In this document: positions 53,593-64,000 of the stretch, one piece after another
How positions within the stretch are numbered: position 1 is the first letter of the stretch
Layout of the letters: the number at the start of each line of letters is the position of its first letter
Source: Eledone cirrhosa
Lineage: Eukaryota
Reading direction: 5' to 3'
DNA length: 64,000 bases
Assembly: GCA_964016885.1 (NCBI GenBank)
Contig: OZ024763.1
Span: forward strand, 11,842,001 to 11,906,000
Made by a program: the position numbers and the translations under genes
Notes under the pieces: generated by a model
What the model was told of the DNA's origin: nothing
Databases searched by the model: none
What the model saw: only the letters and a program-made list of their open reading frames with translations

Positions 53593-56500
53593 TTGTGGTA
53601 GTGTTGTTGTTGTTGTTGGTGGTGGGTGGTGGATAGAGGTGATGGTTGTGGTAGTGTTGTTGTTGGTGGTGGTGGTGATAGAGGTGATGGTTGTGGTAGT
53701 GTTGTTGTTGTTGGTGGTGGTGGTGGTGGATAGAGGTGATGGTTGTGGTAGTGTTGTTGTTGTTGGTGGTGGTGGTGGTGGTGGTAGAGGTGATGGTTGT
53801 GGTAGTGTTGTTGTTGTTGGTGGTGGTGGTGGTGGTGGTAGAGGTGATGGTTGTGGTAGTGTTGTTGTTGTTGTTGGTGGTGGTGGTGATAGAGGTGATG
53901 GTTGTGGTAGTGTTGTTGTTGTTGGTGGTGGTAGAGGTGATGGTTGTGGTAGTGTTGTTGTTGTTGTGGTGGTGGTGGTGGTGATAGAGGTGATGGTTGT
54001 GGTAGTGTTGTTGTTGTTGGTGGTGGTGGTAGAGGTGATGGTTGTGGTAGTGTTGTTGTTGTTGGTGTGGTGGTGGTGGTGATAGAGGTGATGGTTGTGG
54101 TAGTGTTGTTGTTGTTGGTGGTGGGTAGAGGTGATGGTTGTGGTAGTGTTGTTGTTGTTGGTGGTGGTGGTGATAGAGGTGATGGTTGTGGTAGTGTTGT
54201 TGTTGTTGGTGGTGGTGAAGAGGTGATGGTTGTGGTAGTGTTGTTGTTGGTGGTGGTGGTGGTGATAGAGGTGATGGTTGTGGTAGTGTTGTTGTTGTTG
54301 GTGGTGGTGGTGGTGATAGAGGTGATGGTTGTGGTAGTGTTGTTGTTGTTGGTGGTGGTGGTGGTGATAGAGGTGATGGTTGTGGTAGTGTTGTTGTTGT
54401 TGGTGGTGGTGGTGGTAGAGGTGATGGTTGTGGTAGTGTTGTTGTTGTGTGTGGTGGTGGTGGTGGTAGAGGTGATGGTTGTGGTAGTGTTGTTGTTGTT
54501 GTTGGTGGTGATAGAGGTGATGGTTGTGGTAGTGTTGTTGTTGTTGGTGGTGGTGGTGGTGGTGGTAGAGGTGATGGTTGTGGTAGTGTTGTTGTTGTTG
54601 TGGTGGTGATAGAGGTGATGGTTGTGGTAGTGTTGTTGTTGTTGGTGGTGGTGGTGATAGAGGTGATGGTTGTGGTAGTGTTGTTGTTGTTGGTGGGTGG
54701 TAGAGGTGATGGTTGTGGTAGTGTTGTTGTTGTTGGTGGTGGTGGTGGTGGTAGAGGTGATGGTTGTGGTAGTGTTGTTGTTGTTGTTGGTGGTGGTGGT
54801 GTAGAGGTGATGGTTGTGGTAGTGTTGTTGTTGTTGTGGTGGTGGGTAGAGGTGATGGTTGTGGTAGTGTTGTTGTTGTTGGTGGTGGTGGTGGTGATAG
54901 AGGTGATGGTTGTGGTAGTGTTGTTGTTGTTGGTTGGTGGTGGTGGTGATAGAGGTGATGGTTGTGGTAGTGTTGTTGTTGTTGGTGGTGGTGGTGGTGG
55001 TGTAGAGGTGATGGTTGTGGTAGTGTTGTTGTTGTTGGTGGTGGTGGTGGTGATAGAGGTGATGGTTGTGGTAGTGTTGTTGTTGTTGGTGGTGGTGGTG
55101 GTGATAGAGGTGATGGTTGTGGTAGTGTTGTTGTTGTTGTGGTGGTGGTGGTGTAGAGGTGATGGTTGTGGTAGTGTTGTTGTTGTTGGTGGTGGTGGTG
55201 ATAGAGGTGATGGTTGTGGTAGTGTTGTTGTTGTTGGTGGTGGTGGTGATAGAGGTGATGGTTGTGGTAGTGTTGTTGTTGTTGGTGGTGGTAGAGGTGA
55301 TGGTTGTGGTAGTGTTGTTGTTGTTGGTGGTGGTGGTGGTGGTAGAGGTGATGGTTGTGGTAGTGTTGTTGTTGTTGTTGGTGGTGGTGGTGATAGAGGT
55401 GATGGTTGTGGTAGTGTTGTTGTTGTGTGGTGGTGGTGGTAGAGGTGATGGTTGTGGTAGTGTTGTTGTTGTTGGTGGTGGTGGTGATAGAGGTGATGGT
55501 TGTGGTAGTGTTGTTGTTGTTGGTGGTGGTGGTGGTGATAGAGGTGATGGTTGTGGTAGTGTTGTTGTTGTGGTGGTGGTGGTGGTAGAGGTGATGGTTG
55601 TGGTAGTGTTGTTGTTGTTGGTGTGGTGGTGGTGATAGAGGTGATGGTTGTGGTAGTGTTGTTGTTGTTGGTGGTGGTGGTGGTGATAGAGGTGATGGTT
55701 GTGTGTGTGTTGTTGTTGTTGGTGGTGGTGATAGAGGTGATGGTTGTGGTAGTGTTGTTGTTGTTGGTGGTGGTGGTGATAGAGGTGATGGTTGTGGTAG
55801 TGTTGTTGTTGTTGGTGGTGGTGGTGGTGGTGGTAGAGGTGATGGTTGTGGTAGTGTTTGTTGTGGTGGTGGTGGTGGTGGTGGTAGAGGTGATGGTTGT
55901 GGTAGTGTTGTTGTTGTTGTTGGTGGTGGTGGTGATAGAGGTGATGGTTGTGGTAGTGTTGTTGTTGTTGGTGGTGGTGGTGGTGGTAGAGGTGATGGTT
56001 GTGGTAGTGTTGTTGTTGTTGTTGGTGGTGGTGATAGAGGTGATGGTTGTGGTAGTGTTGTTGTTGTTGGTGGTGGTGGTGATAGAGGTGATGGTTGTGG
56101 TAGTGTTGTTGTTGTTGGTGGTGGTGGTGATAGAGGTGATGGTTGTGGTAGTGTTGTTGTTGTTGGTGGTGGTAGAGGTGATGGTTGTGGTAGTGTTGTT
56201 GTTGTTGGTGGTGGTGGTGGTGGTAGAGGTGATGGTTGTGGTAGTGTTGTTGTTGTTGTTGGTGGTGGTGGTGATAGAGGTGATGGTTGTGGTAGTGTTG
56301 TTGTTGTTGGTGGTGGTAGAGGTGATGGTTGTGGTAGTGTTGTTGTTGTTGGTGGTGGTGTGGTGGTGATAGAGGTGATGGTTGTGGTAGTGTTGTTGTT
56401 GTTGGTGGTGGTGGTGATAGAGGTGATGGTTGTGGTAGTGTTGTTGTTGTTGGTGGTGGTAGAGGTGATGGTTGTGGTAGTGTTGTTGTTGTTGGTGGTG

Positions 56501-59500
56501 GTGGTGGTGGTAGAGGTGATGGTTGTGGTAGTGTTGTTGTTGTTGTTGGTGGTGGTGGTGATAGAGGTGATGGTTGTGGTAGTGTTGTTGTTGGTGGTGG
56601 TGGTGGTAGAGGTGATGGTTGTGGTAGTGTTGTTGTTGTTGGTGGTGGTGGTGATAGAGGTGATGGTTGTGGTAGTGTTGTTGTTGTTGGTGTGGTGGTG
56701 GTGGTAGAGGTGATGGTTGTGGTAGTGTTGTTGTTGTTGTTGGTGGTGGTGATAGAGGTGATGGTTGTGGTAGTGTTGTTGTGTTGGTGGTGGTGGTGAT
56801 AGAGGTGATGGTTGTGGTAGTGTTGTTGTTGTTGGTGGTGGTGGTGATAGAGGTGATGGTTGTGGTAGTGTTGTTGTGTTGGTGGTGGTGGGTAGAGGTG
56901 ATGGTTGTGGTAGTGTTGTTGTTGTTGGTGGTGGTGGTGATAGAGGTGATGGTTGTGGTAGTGTTGTTGGTGGTTGGTGGTGGTAGAGGTGATGGTTGTG
57001 GTAGTGTTGTTGTTGTTGGTGGTGGGTGGTGGTGGTAGAGGTGATGGTTGTGGTAGTGTTGTTGTTGTTGGTGGTGGTGGTGGTGGTAGAGGTGATGGTT
57101 GTGGTAGTGTTGTTGTTGTTGTGGGTGGTGGTGGTGATAGAGGTGATGGTTGTGGTAGTGTTGTTGTTGTTGGTGGTGGGTAGAGGTGATGGTTGTGGTA
57201 GTGTTGTTGTGTTGGTGGTGGTGGTGGTGGTGGTAGAGGTGATGGTTGTGGTAGTGTTGTTGTTGTGTGGTGGTGGTAGAGGTGATGGTTGTGGTAGTGT
57301 TGTTGTTGTTGGTGGTGGTGGTGGTGGTGTAGAGGTGATGGTTGTGGTAGTGTTGTTGTTGTTGGTGGTGGTAGAGGTGATGGTTGTGGTAGTGTTGTTG
57401 TTGTGGTGGTGGTGGTGATAGAGGTGATGGTTGTGGTAGTGTTGTTGTTGTTGGTGGTGGTGGTAGAGGTGATGGTTGTGGTAGTGTTGTTGTTGGTGGT
57501 GGTGGTGGTGTAGAGGTGATGGTTGTGGTAGTGTTGTTGTTGTTGGTGGTGGTGGTGGTAGAGGTGATGGTTGTGGTAGTGTTGTTGTTGTTGTTGGTGG
57601 TGGTGGTGATAGAGGTGATGGTTGTGGTAGTGTTGTTGTTGGTGGTGGTGGTAGAGGTGATGGTTGTGGTAGTGTTGTTGTTGTTGGTGGTGGTGGTGGT
57701 GGTAGAGGTGATGGTTGTGGTAGTGTTGTTGTTGTGTTGGTGGTGGTAGAGGTGATGGTTGTGGTCGTGTGTGTTGTGTTGGTGGGTGGTGGTGGTGGTG
57801 GTAGAGGTGATGGTTGTGGTAGTGTTGTTGTTGTTGGTGGTGGTGATAGAGGTGATGGTTGTGGTAGTGTTGTTGTTGTTGTGGTGGTGGTGGTGATAGA
57901 GGTGATGGTTGTGGGTAGTGTTGTTGTTGTTGGTGGTGGTAGAGGTGATGGTTGTGGTAGTGTTGTTGTTGTTGGTGGTGGTGGTGGTGGTAGAGGTGAT
58001 GGTTGTGGTAGTGTTGTTGTTGTTGGTGGTGGTGGTGTAGAGGTGATGGTTGTGGTAGTGTTGTTGTTGTTGGTGGTGGTGGTGTAGAGGTGATGGTTGT
58101 GGTAGTGTTGTTGTTGTTGGTGGTGGTGGTGATAGAGGTGATGGTTGTGGTAGTGTTGTTGTTGTTGGTGGTGGGTGGTGGTAGAGGTGATGGTTGTGGT
58201 AGTGTTGTTGTTGTTGGTGGTGGTGGTGGTGGTGGTAGAGGTGATGGTTGTGGTAGTGTTGTTGTTGTTGTGGTGGTGGTGGTGTAGAGGTGATGGTTGT
58301 GGTAGTGTTGTTGTTGTTGGTGGTGGTGGTGGTGGTAGAGGTGATGGTTGTGGTAGTGTTGTTGTTGTTGGTGGTGGGTGGTGATAGAGGTGATGGTTGT
58401 GGTAGTGTTGTTGTTGTTGGTGGTGGTGGTGATAGAGGTGATGGTTGTGGTAGTGTTGTTGTTGTTGGTGGTGGTGGTGTAGAGGTGATGGTTGTGGTAG
58501 TGTTGTTGTTGTTGGTGGTGGGTAGAGGTGATGGTTGTGGTAGTGTTGTTGTTGTTGGTGGTGGTGGTGGTGGTAGAGGTGATGGTTGTGGTAGTGTTGT
58601 TGTTGTGTTGGTGGTGGTGGTGGGTGGGTGGGTGTGTTGTGTGGGGTGGTAGAGGTGATGGTTGTGGTAGTGTTGTTGTTGTTGGTGGTGGGTGATAGAG
58701 GTGATGGTTGTGGTAGTGTTGTTGTTGTTGGTGGTGGTGGTGATAGAGGTGATGGTTGTGGTAGTGTTGTTGTTGTTGGTGGTGGTAGTGTGTGGTTGTG
58801 GTAGTGTGGTTGTGTTGGTGGTGGTGGTGGTGGTGGTAGAGGTGATGGTTGTGGTAGTGTTGTTGTTGTTGGTGGTGGTGGTGTGTGGGTGGTGGTAGTG
58901 TTGTTGTTGTTGGTGGTGGTAGGGGTGTTGGTTGTGGTGTGTGTGTGTTGGTGGTGGTGGTGATAGAGGTGATGGTTGTGGTAGTGTTGTTGTTGTTGGT
59001 GTGGTGGTGGTGGTAGAGGTGATGGTTGTGGTAGTGTTGTTGTTGTTGGTGGTGGTGGTGGTGGGTAGAGGTGATGGTTGTGGTAGTGTTGTTGTTGTTG
59101 TTGGTGGTGGTGGTGATAGAGGTGATGGTTGTGGTAGTGTTGTGTTGTTGGTGGTGGTGGTGGTGGTAGAGGTGATGGTTGTGGTAGTGTTGTTGTTGTT
59201 GTTGGTGGTGGTGGGGGTGGGTGTGGTTGTGGTAGTGTTGTGTTGTTGGTGGTGGTGGTGATAGAGGTGATGGTTGTGGTAGTGTTGTGTTGTGGTGGTG
59301 GTGGGAGAGGTGTGGTTGTGGTAGTGTTGTGTTGTTGGTGGTGGTAGAGGTGATGGTTGTGGTGTGTGTTGTTGTTGGTGGTGGTGGTGGTGGTGAGGTG
59401 TGGTTGTGGTAGTGTTGTTGTGTTGTGGTGGTGGTGGTGATAGAGGTGATGGTTGTGGTAGTGTTGTTGTTGTGGTGGTGGTGGTGAGGTGGTGGTTGTG

Positions 59501-61310
59501 GTAGTGTTGTTGTTGTGGGGTGGTGGTGGTGGTGGTAGAGGTGATGGTTGTGGTAGTGTTGTTGTTGTTGGTGGTGGTGGTGATAGAGGTGATGGTTGTG
59601 GTAGTGTTGTTGTTGGTGGTGGTGGGTGAGGTGATGGTTGTGGTAGTGTTGTGTTGTTGGTGGTGGTGGTGGTGGTAGAGGTGTGGTTGTGGTAGTGTTG
59701 TTGTTGGTGGTGGGTGGTGGTGGTGTGGGGTGTGGTTGTGGTAGTGTTGTTGTTGGTGGTGGTGGTGTAGAGGTGATGGTTGTGGTAGTGTGTTGTTGGT
59801 GGTGGTGGTGGTGTAGAGGTGATGGTTGTGGTAGTGTTGTGTTGTGTGGTGGTGGTGGTGGGGTGGTGGGGTGGTGTGTTGTTGGTGTGGGGGTGGTGTG
59901 GGGTGGGGTTGTGGTGGTGTGTTGGTGGGGGGGTGGGGTGTGGGGTGGGTGTGTTGTGTTGGGTGTGGTGGTGGGGTGGTGGTTGTGGTGTGTGTTGGTG
60001 GTGGTGGGGGTGGGGTGTGGGTGTGGGGTGTGTTGTGGTGTGGTGGTGGTGGTGGTGGGGGTGGTGGTTGTGGGGTGTTGTGGGTGGGGGGGGTGGGTGG
60101 TGGGTGGGGGTGGTGGTGTGTTGTGTGGGTGGTGGTGGTGGTGGGGGGTGATGGTTGTGGGTAGTGTGTGTTGTTGGTGGTGGGTGGTGGGGTGTGGGGT
60201 GATGGTTGTGGTGTGTGTGGTGTTGGTGGTGGTGGTGGTGGGGGGTGGGTGTGGGGTGTGGTGTTGTTGGTGGTGGGGGTGGTGAGGTGATGGTGTGGTA
60301 GTGTGTGTTGTTGTGGTGGTGGTGGTGATAGAGGTGATGGTTGTGGTAGTGTTGTTGTTGTTGGTGGTGGTAGAGGTGATGGTTGTGGTAGTGTTGTTGT
60401 TGTTGGTGGTGGGTGGGTGGTGGTAGAGGTGATGGTTGTGGTAGTGTTGTTGTTGTTGGGTGGTGGTAGAGGTGATGGTTGTGGTAGTGTTGTTGTTGTT
60501 GGTGGTGGTGGTGGTGGTGGTAGAGGTGATGGTTGTGGTAGTGTTGTTGTTGTTGTTGGTGGTGGTGGTGATAGAGGTGATGGTTGTGGTAGTGTTGTTG
60601 TTGTTGGTGGTGGTAGAGGTGATGGTTGTGGTAGTGTTGTTGTTGTTGTTGTTGGTGGTGGTAGAGGTGATGGTTGTGGTGTGTGTTGTTGTTGTGGTGG
60701 TGGTGATAGAGGTGATGGTTGTGGTAGTGTTGTTGGTGGTGGTGGTGATAGAGGTGATGGTTGTGGTAGTGTTGTTGTTGTTGGTGGTGGTGGTGATAGA
60801 GGTGATGGTTGTGGTAGTGTTGTTGTTGGTGGTGGTGGTGGTGATAGAGGTGATGGTTGTGGTAGTGTTGTTGTTGTTGGTGGTGGTAGAGGTGATGGTT
60901 GTGGTAGTGTTGTTGTTGTTGGTGGTGGTGGTGGTGGTAGAGGTGATGGTTGTGGTAGTGTTGTTGTTGTTGTGGTGGTGGTGGTGATAGAGGTGATGGT
61001 TGTGGTAGTGTTGTTGTGTGGTGGTGGTGGTGATAGAGGTGATGGTTGTGGTAGTGTTGTTGTTGTTGGTGGTGGTGGTGATAGAGGTGATGGTTGTGGT
61101 AGTGTTGTTGTTGTTGTTGTGGTGGTGGTAGAGGTGTGGTTGTGGTAGTGTTGTTGTTGTTGTTGGTGGTGGTGGTGATAGAGGTGATGGTTGTGGTAGT
61201 GTTGTTGTTGTTGTTGGTGGTAGAGGTGATGGTTGTGGTAGTGTTGTTGTTGTTGGTGTTGGTGATGGTTGTGGTAGAGGTGGTGGTGGTGTTGGTTGTG
61301 GTGATGACAT
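53593..61310. repeat. ~40-55-bp satellite TAGAGGTGATGGTTGTGGTAGT(GTT)n(GGT)n, ~7.7 kb
   Basis: Invariant 22-bp core with variable trinucleotide runs. Confidence 0.97.
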
Positions 61311-61332
61311 TTATGGTGTTGGTGGTAGTGAT

Positions 61333-62590
61333 GTGTCAGTCTGTCTGTGTGTCACTGTTACTGTGTCAGTCTGTCTGTGTGTCACTGTGTCAGTCTGTCT
61401 GTCAGTCTGTCACTGTGTCTGTCTGTCGGTCAGTCTCTCTGTGTGTCACTGTGTCAGTCTGTCTGTCTGTCACTGTGTCTGTCTGTCTGTCTGTCACTGT
61501 GTCAGTCTGTCTGTCTGTCTGTCTGTGTGTCACTGTGTCAGTCTGTCTGTCACTGTGTCAGTCTGTCTGTCAGTCAATCAGTCAATCTGTCTGTGTGTCA
61601 CTGTGTCAGTCTGTCTGTGTGTCTGTCAGTCTGTCTGTCACTGTGTCAGTCTGTCTGTGTGTCTGTCAGTCTGTCTGTCACTGTGTCAGTCTGTCTGTCA
61701 GTCTGTCAGTCACTGTGTCAGTCTGTCTGTCTGTCTGTCTGTCACTGTGTCAGTCTGTCTGTCAGTCTGTCAGTCACTCTGTCAGTCTGTCTGTCTGTGT
61801 GTCTCTCCAAGAGACAGTGATTGCTCCAGGAATGAGCAACATCTTCAAATGAGTCACTGGAGTCACTCTCTGGTGTCTTGTTTTAATTAGAGAGAGAGAG
61901 AGAGGGAGGGGGTAGGAGAAGGATTGAGAGAGGGAGGGGGGTAGGAGAAGGATTGAGAGAGGGAGGGGGTAGGAGAAGGATTGAGAGAGGGAGAGGGTAG
62001 GAGAAGGATTGAGAGAGGGAGGGGGTAGGAGAAGGATTGAGAGATTCACAAACTTTCAATACCATTGTTCCAGTGTGTGTAAGAGAGGTAGTGTGTGTGT
62101 GGTATATAGAGACTGTGTGTGTGTGGTATATATAGACTGTGTGTGTGTGTGGTATATAGAGACTGTGTATGTGTGTGGTATATATAAAGACTGTGTGTGT
62201 GGTATATATAAAGTACTGTGTGTGTGGTATATAGAGACTGTGTGTGTGTGGTATATATAGACTGTGTGTGTGTGTGGTATATAGAGACTGTGTATGTGTG
62301 TGGTATATATAAAGACTGTGTGTGTGGTATATATAAAGACTGTGTGTGTGGTATATAGAGGACTGTGTGTGTGGTATATATAAAGACTGTGTGTGGTATA
62401 TAGAGACTGTATGTGTGTATGTGAGAGAGATAGTGTGTGTGTGTAAGAGAGATAGTGTGCGTGTGTGTGTGTGTGTGTGAGAGATAGTGTGTGTGTGTAA
62501 GAGAGATAATGTGTGTGTGTGTAAGAGAGAGAATGTGTGTGTGTGTGAGAGAGATAGTGTGTGTGTGTGAGAGAGATAGTGTGTGTGTAT
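61333..62590. repeat. Consecutive minisatellites: (CTGT)/cactgtgtcagt, gagagagggagggggtaggagaaggatt, gtggtatatagagactgtgt
   Basis: Direct observation. Confidence 0.9.
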
Positions 62591-62679
62591 GATTCAGTGT
62601 CTCTATCATTGCTAAACTTCATTCAGGTGACTTAGTTTACAGGAAAGCTAAACTTAGATAAGTTGTAATTTATATTAAA

Positions 62680-63797
62680 ACTACTACCACCTCCACCACT
62701 ACCACCACCACTACCACCTCCACCACTACCACTACCACCACTACCACCTCCACCATTACTACCACCTCCACCATTACCACCACCACTACCACCTCCACCA
62801 TTACTACCACCTCCACCACCACCACTACCACCTCCACCATTACTACCACCACTACCACCTCCACCATTACCACCACCACTACCACCTCCACCATTACCAC
62901 CACCACTACCACCTCCACCTTTACTACCACCATTACTACCACCACTACCACCTCCACCATTACCACCACCACTACCACCTCCACCATTACCACCACCACT
63001 ACCATTACCACCACCACCACCATTACCACCACCACTACAAACCTCCACCATTACTACCACCACCACCATTACCACCACCACCACTACCACCTCCACCATT
63101 ACTACCACTACCACCTCCACCATTACCACCACCACTACCACCTCCACCATTACTACTACCACTACCACCTCCACCATTACCACCACCACTACCACCACCA
63201 CCACTACCACCACTACCATTACTACTACCACCATTACTACCTCCAACACCACCTCTATCATCTTCATCACCAACACTCCTACTAATTCCACTGTCACCAT
63301 CAGCACTACCACCAACACCACCACTACCACCAACACCAACACCACCACTACCATCTCTACCATCTTCACCATCACTAACAACAGCAACACCACTACCACT
63401 ACCATCTTCATTACCACCACCACCACCCACACCATTACCACTACCTCTACCATCTTCATCACCACCACTACCGCTACCACTACCACTACCATCTTCATCA
63501 CCACTACCACCAACACCATGACCACTACCTCTACCATCTTCATCACCACCACCACCTCTACCATCTTCATCACCACCATTACCACCACCACTACCACTAC
63601 CTCTACCATCTTCATCACCACCACCATTACCACTACCATCTTCATCACCACCACCACCACTACCACTACATCTACCATCTTCATCACCACCACCATTACC
63701 ACTACCATCTTCATCACCACCACCACCACCATTACCACTACATCTACCATTTTCACCACCACTACCACCTTCACCAACACTAACAACAACAACAACA
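62680..63797. repeat. ACC/ACT/ATT trinucleotide-derived minisatellite
   Basis: actaccacctccaccattacc and ctaccatcttcatcacc units. Confidence 0.92.
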
Positions 63798-64000
63798 CTA
63801 TCTATGGCAGCTTTTGGCTGGTGGTGAAACACTGATTATCTTGTGATTGATGTGTGTGTGTCAGTGTCTGGATGAATGTATGTGTGTTTGTGTGTGTGTA
63901 TGTGTCTGTGGGTGAATGTTTGTATATGTGTATACATATGTGTGTATGGGTGAATGTATGTGTGTGTGAGTAAATTAGACACAGCTAATTAATCTGAGAC

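Noticed and set aside
59850-60300. Distinct G/T-only sub-repeat inside the satellite
   Set aside because: It looks like a degraded consensus of the same satellite (loss of A bases) and is probably low-quality sequence.
48061-61310. 1846-aa and 2643-aa ORFs
   Set aside because: Translations of stop-free satellite strands that frameshift between repeat frames and run through the N gap; not genes.

Overview
This is eukaryotic, extremely repeat-rich genomic DNA. The SINE families and microsatellite load resemble an octopus/coleoid cephalopod genome (inference). No complete protein-coding gene can be supported, and nearly all long ORFs in the track are translations of micro- or minisatellites. 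The window holds many (TA)n arrays, two large satellites flanking a 200-N gap (48140-53392; 53593-61300) and two tRNA-derived SINE families. It also contains RTE-clade LINE remnants (one with an internal 99-bp segment amplified about 12 times), a CRE-like RLE retrotransposon fragment, a pogo/Tigger-like deletion derivative, tiny mariner-type MITEs and a non-autonomous Helitron. The most striking signal is a set of about 11 asymmetric fold-back (hairpin) inserts of 150-450 bp from several unrelated families. They sit inside (TA)n arrays and carry a one-sided 33-90 nt tail, often with a shared TYGAGTRC(T) motif. The window also has about 10 minimal type I hammerhead-ribozyme motifs, several of them inside these inserts. 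This is best read as a diverse community of TA-microsatellite-targeting Penelope-like/retrozyme elements. A few weak candidate exons suggest the window may be intronic.
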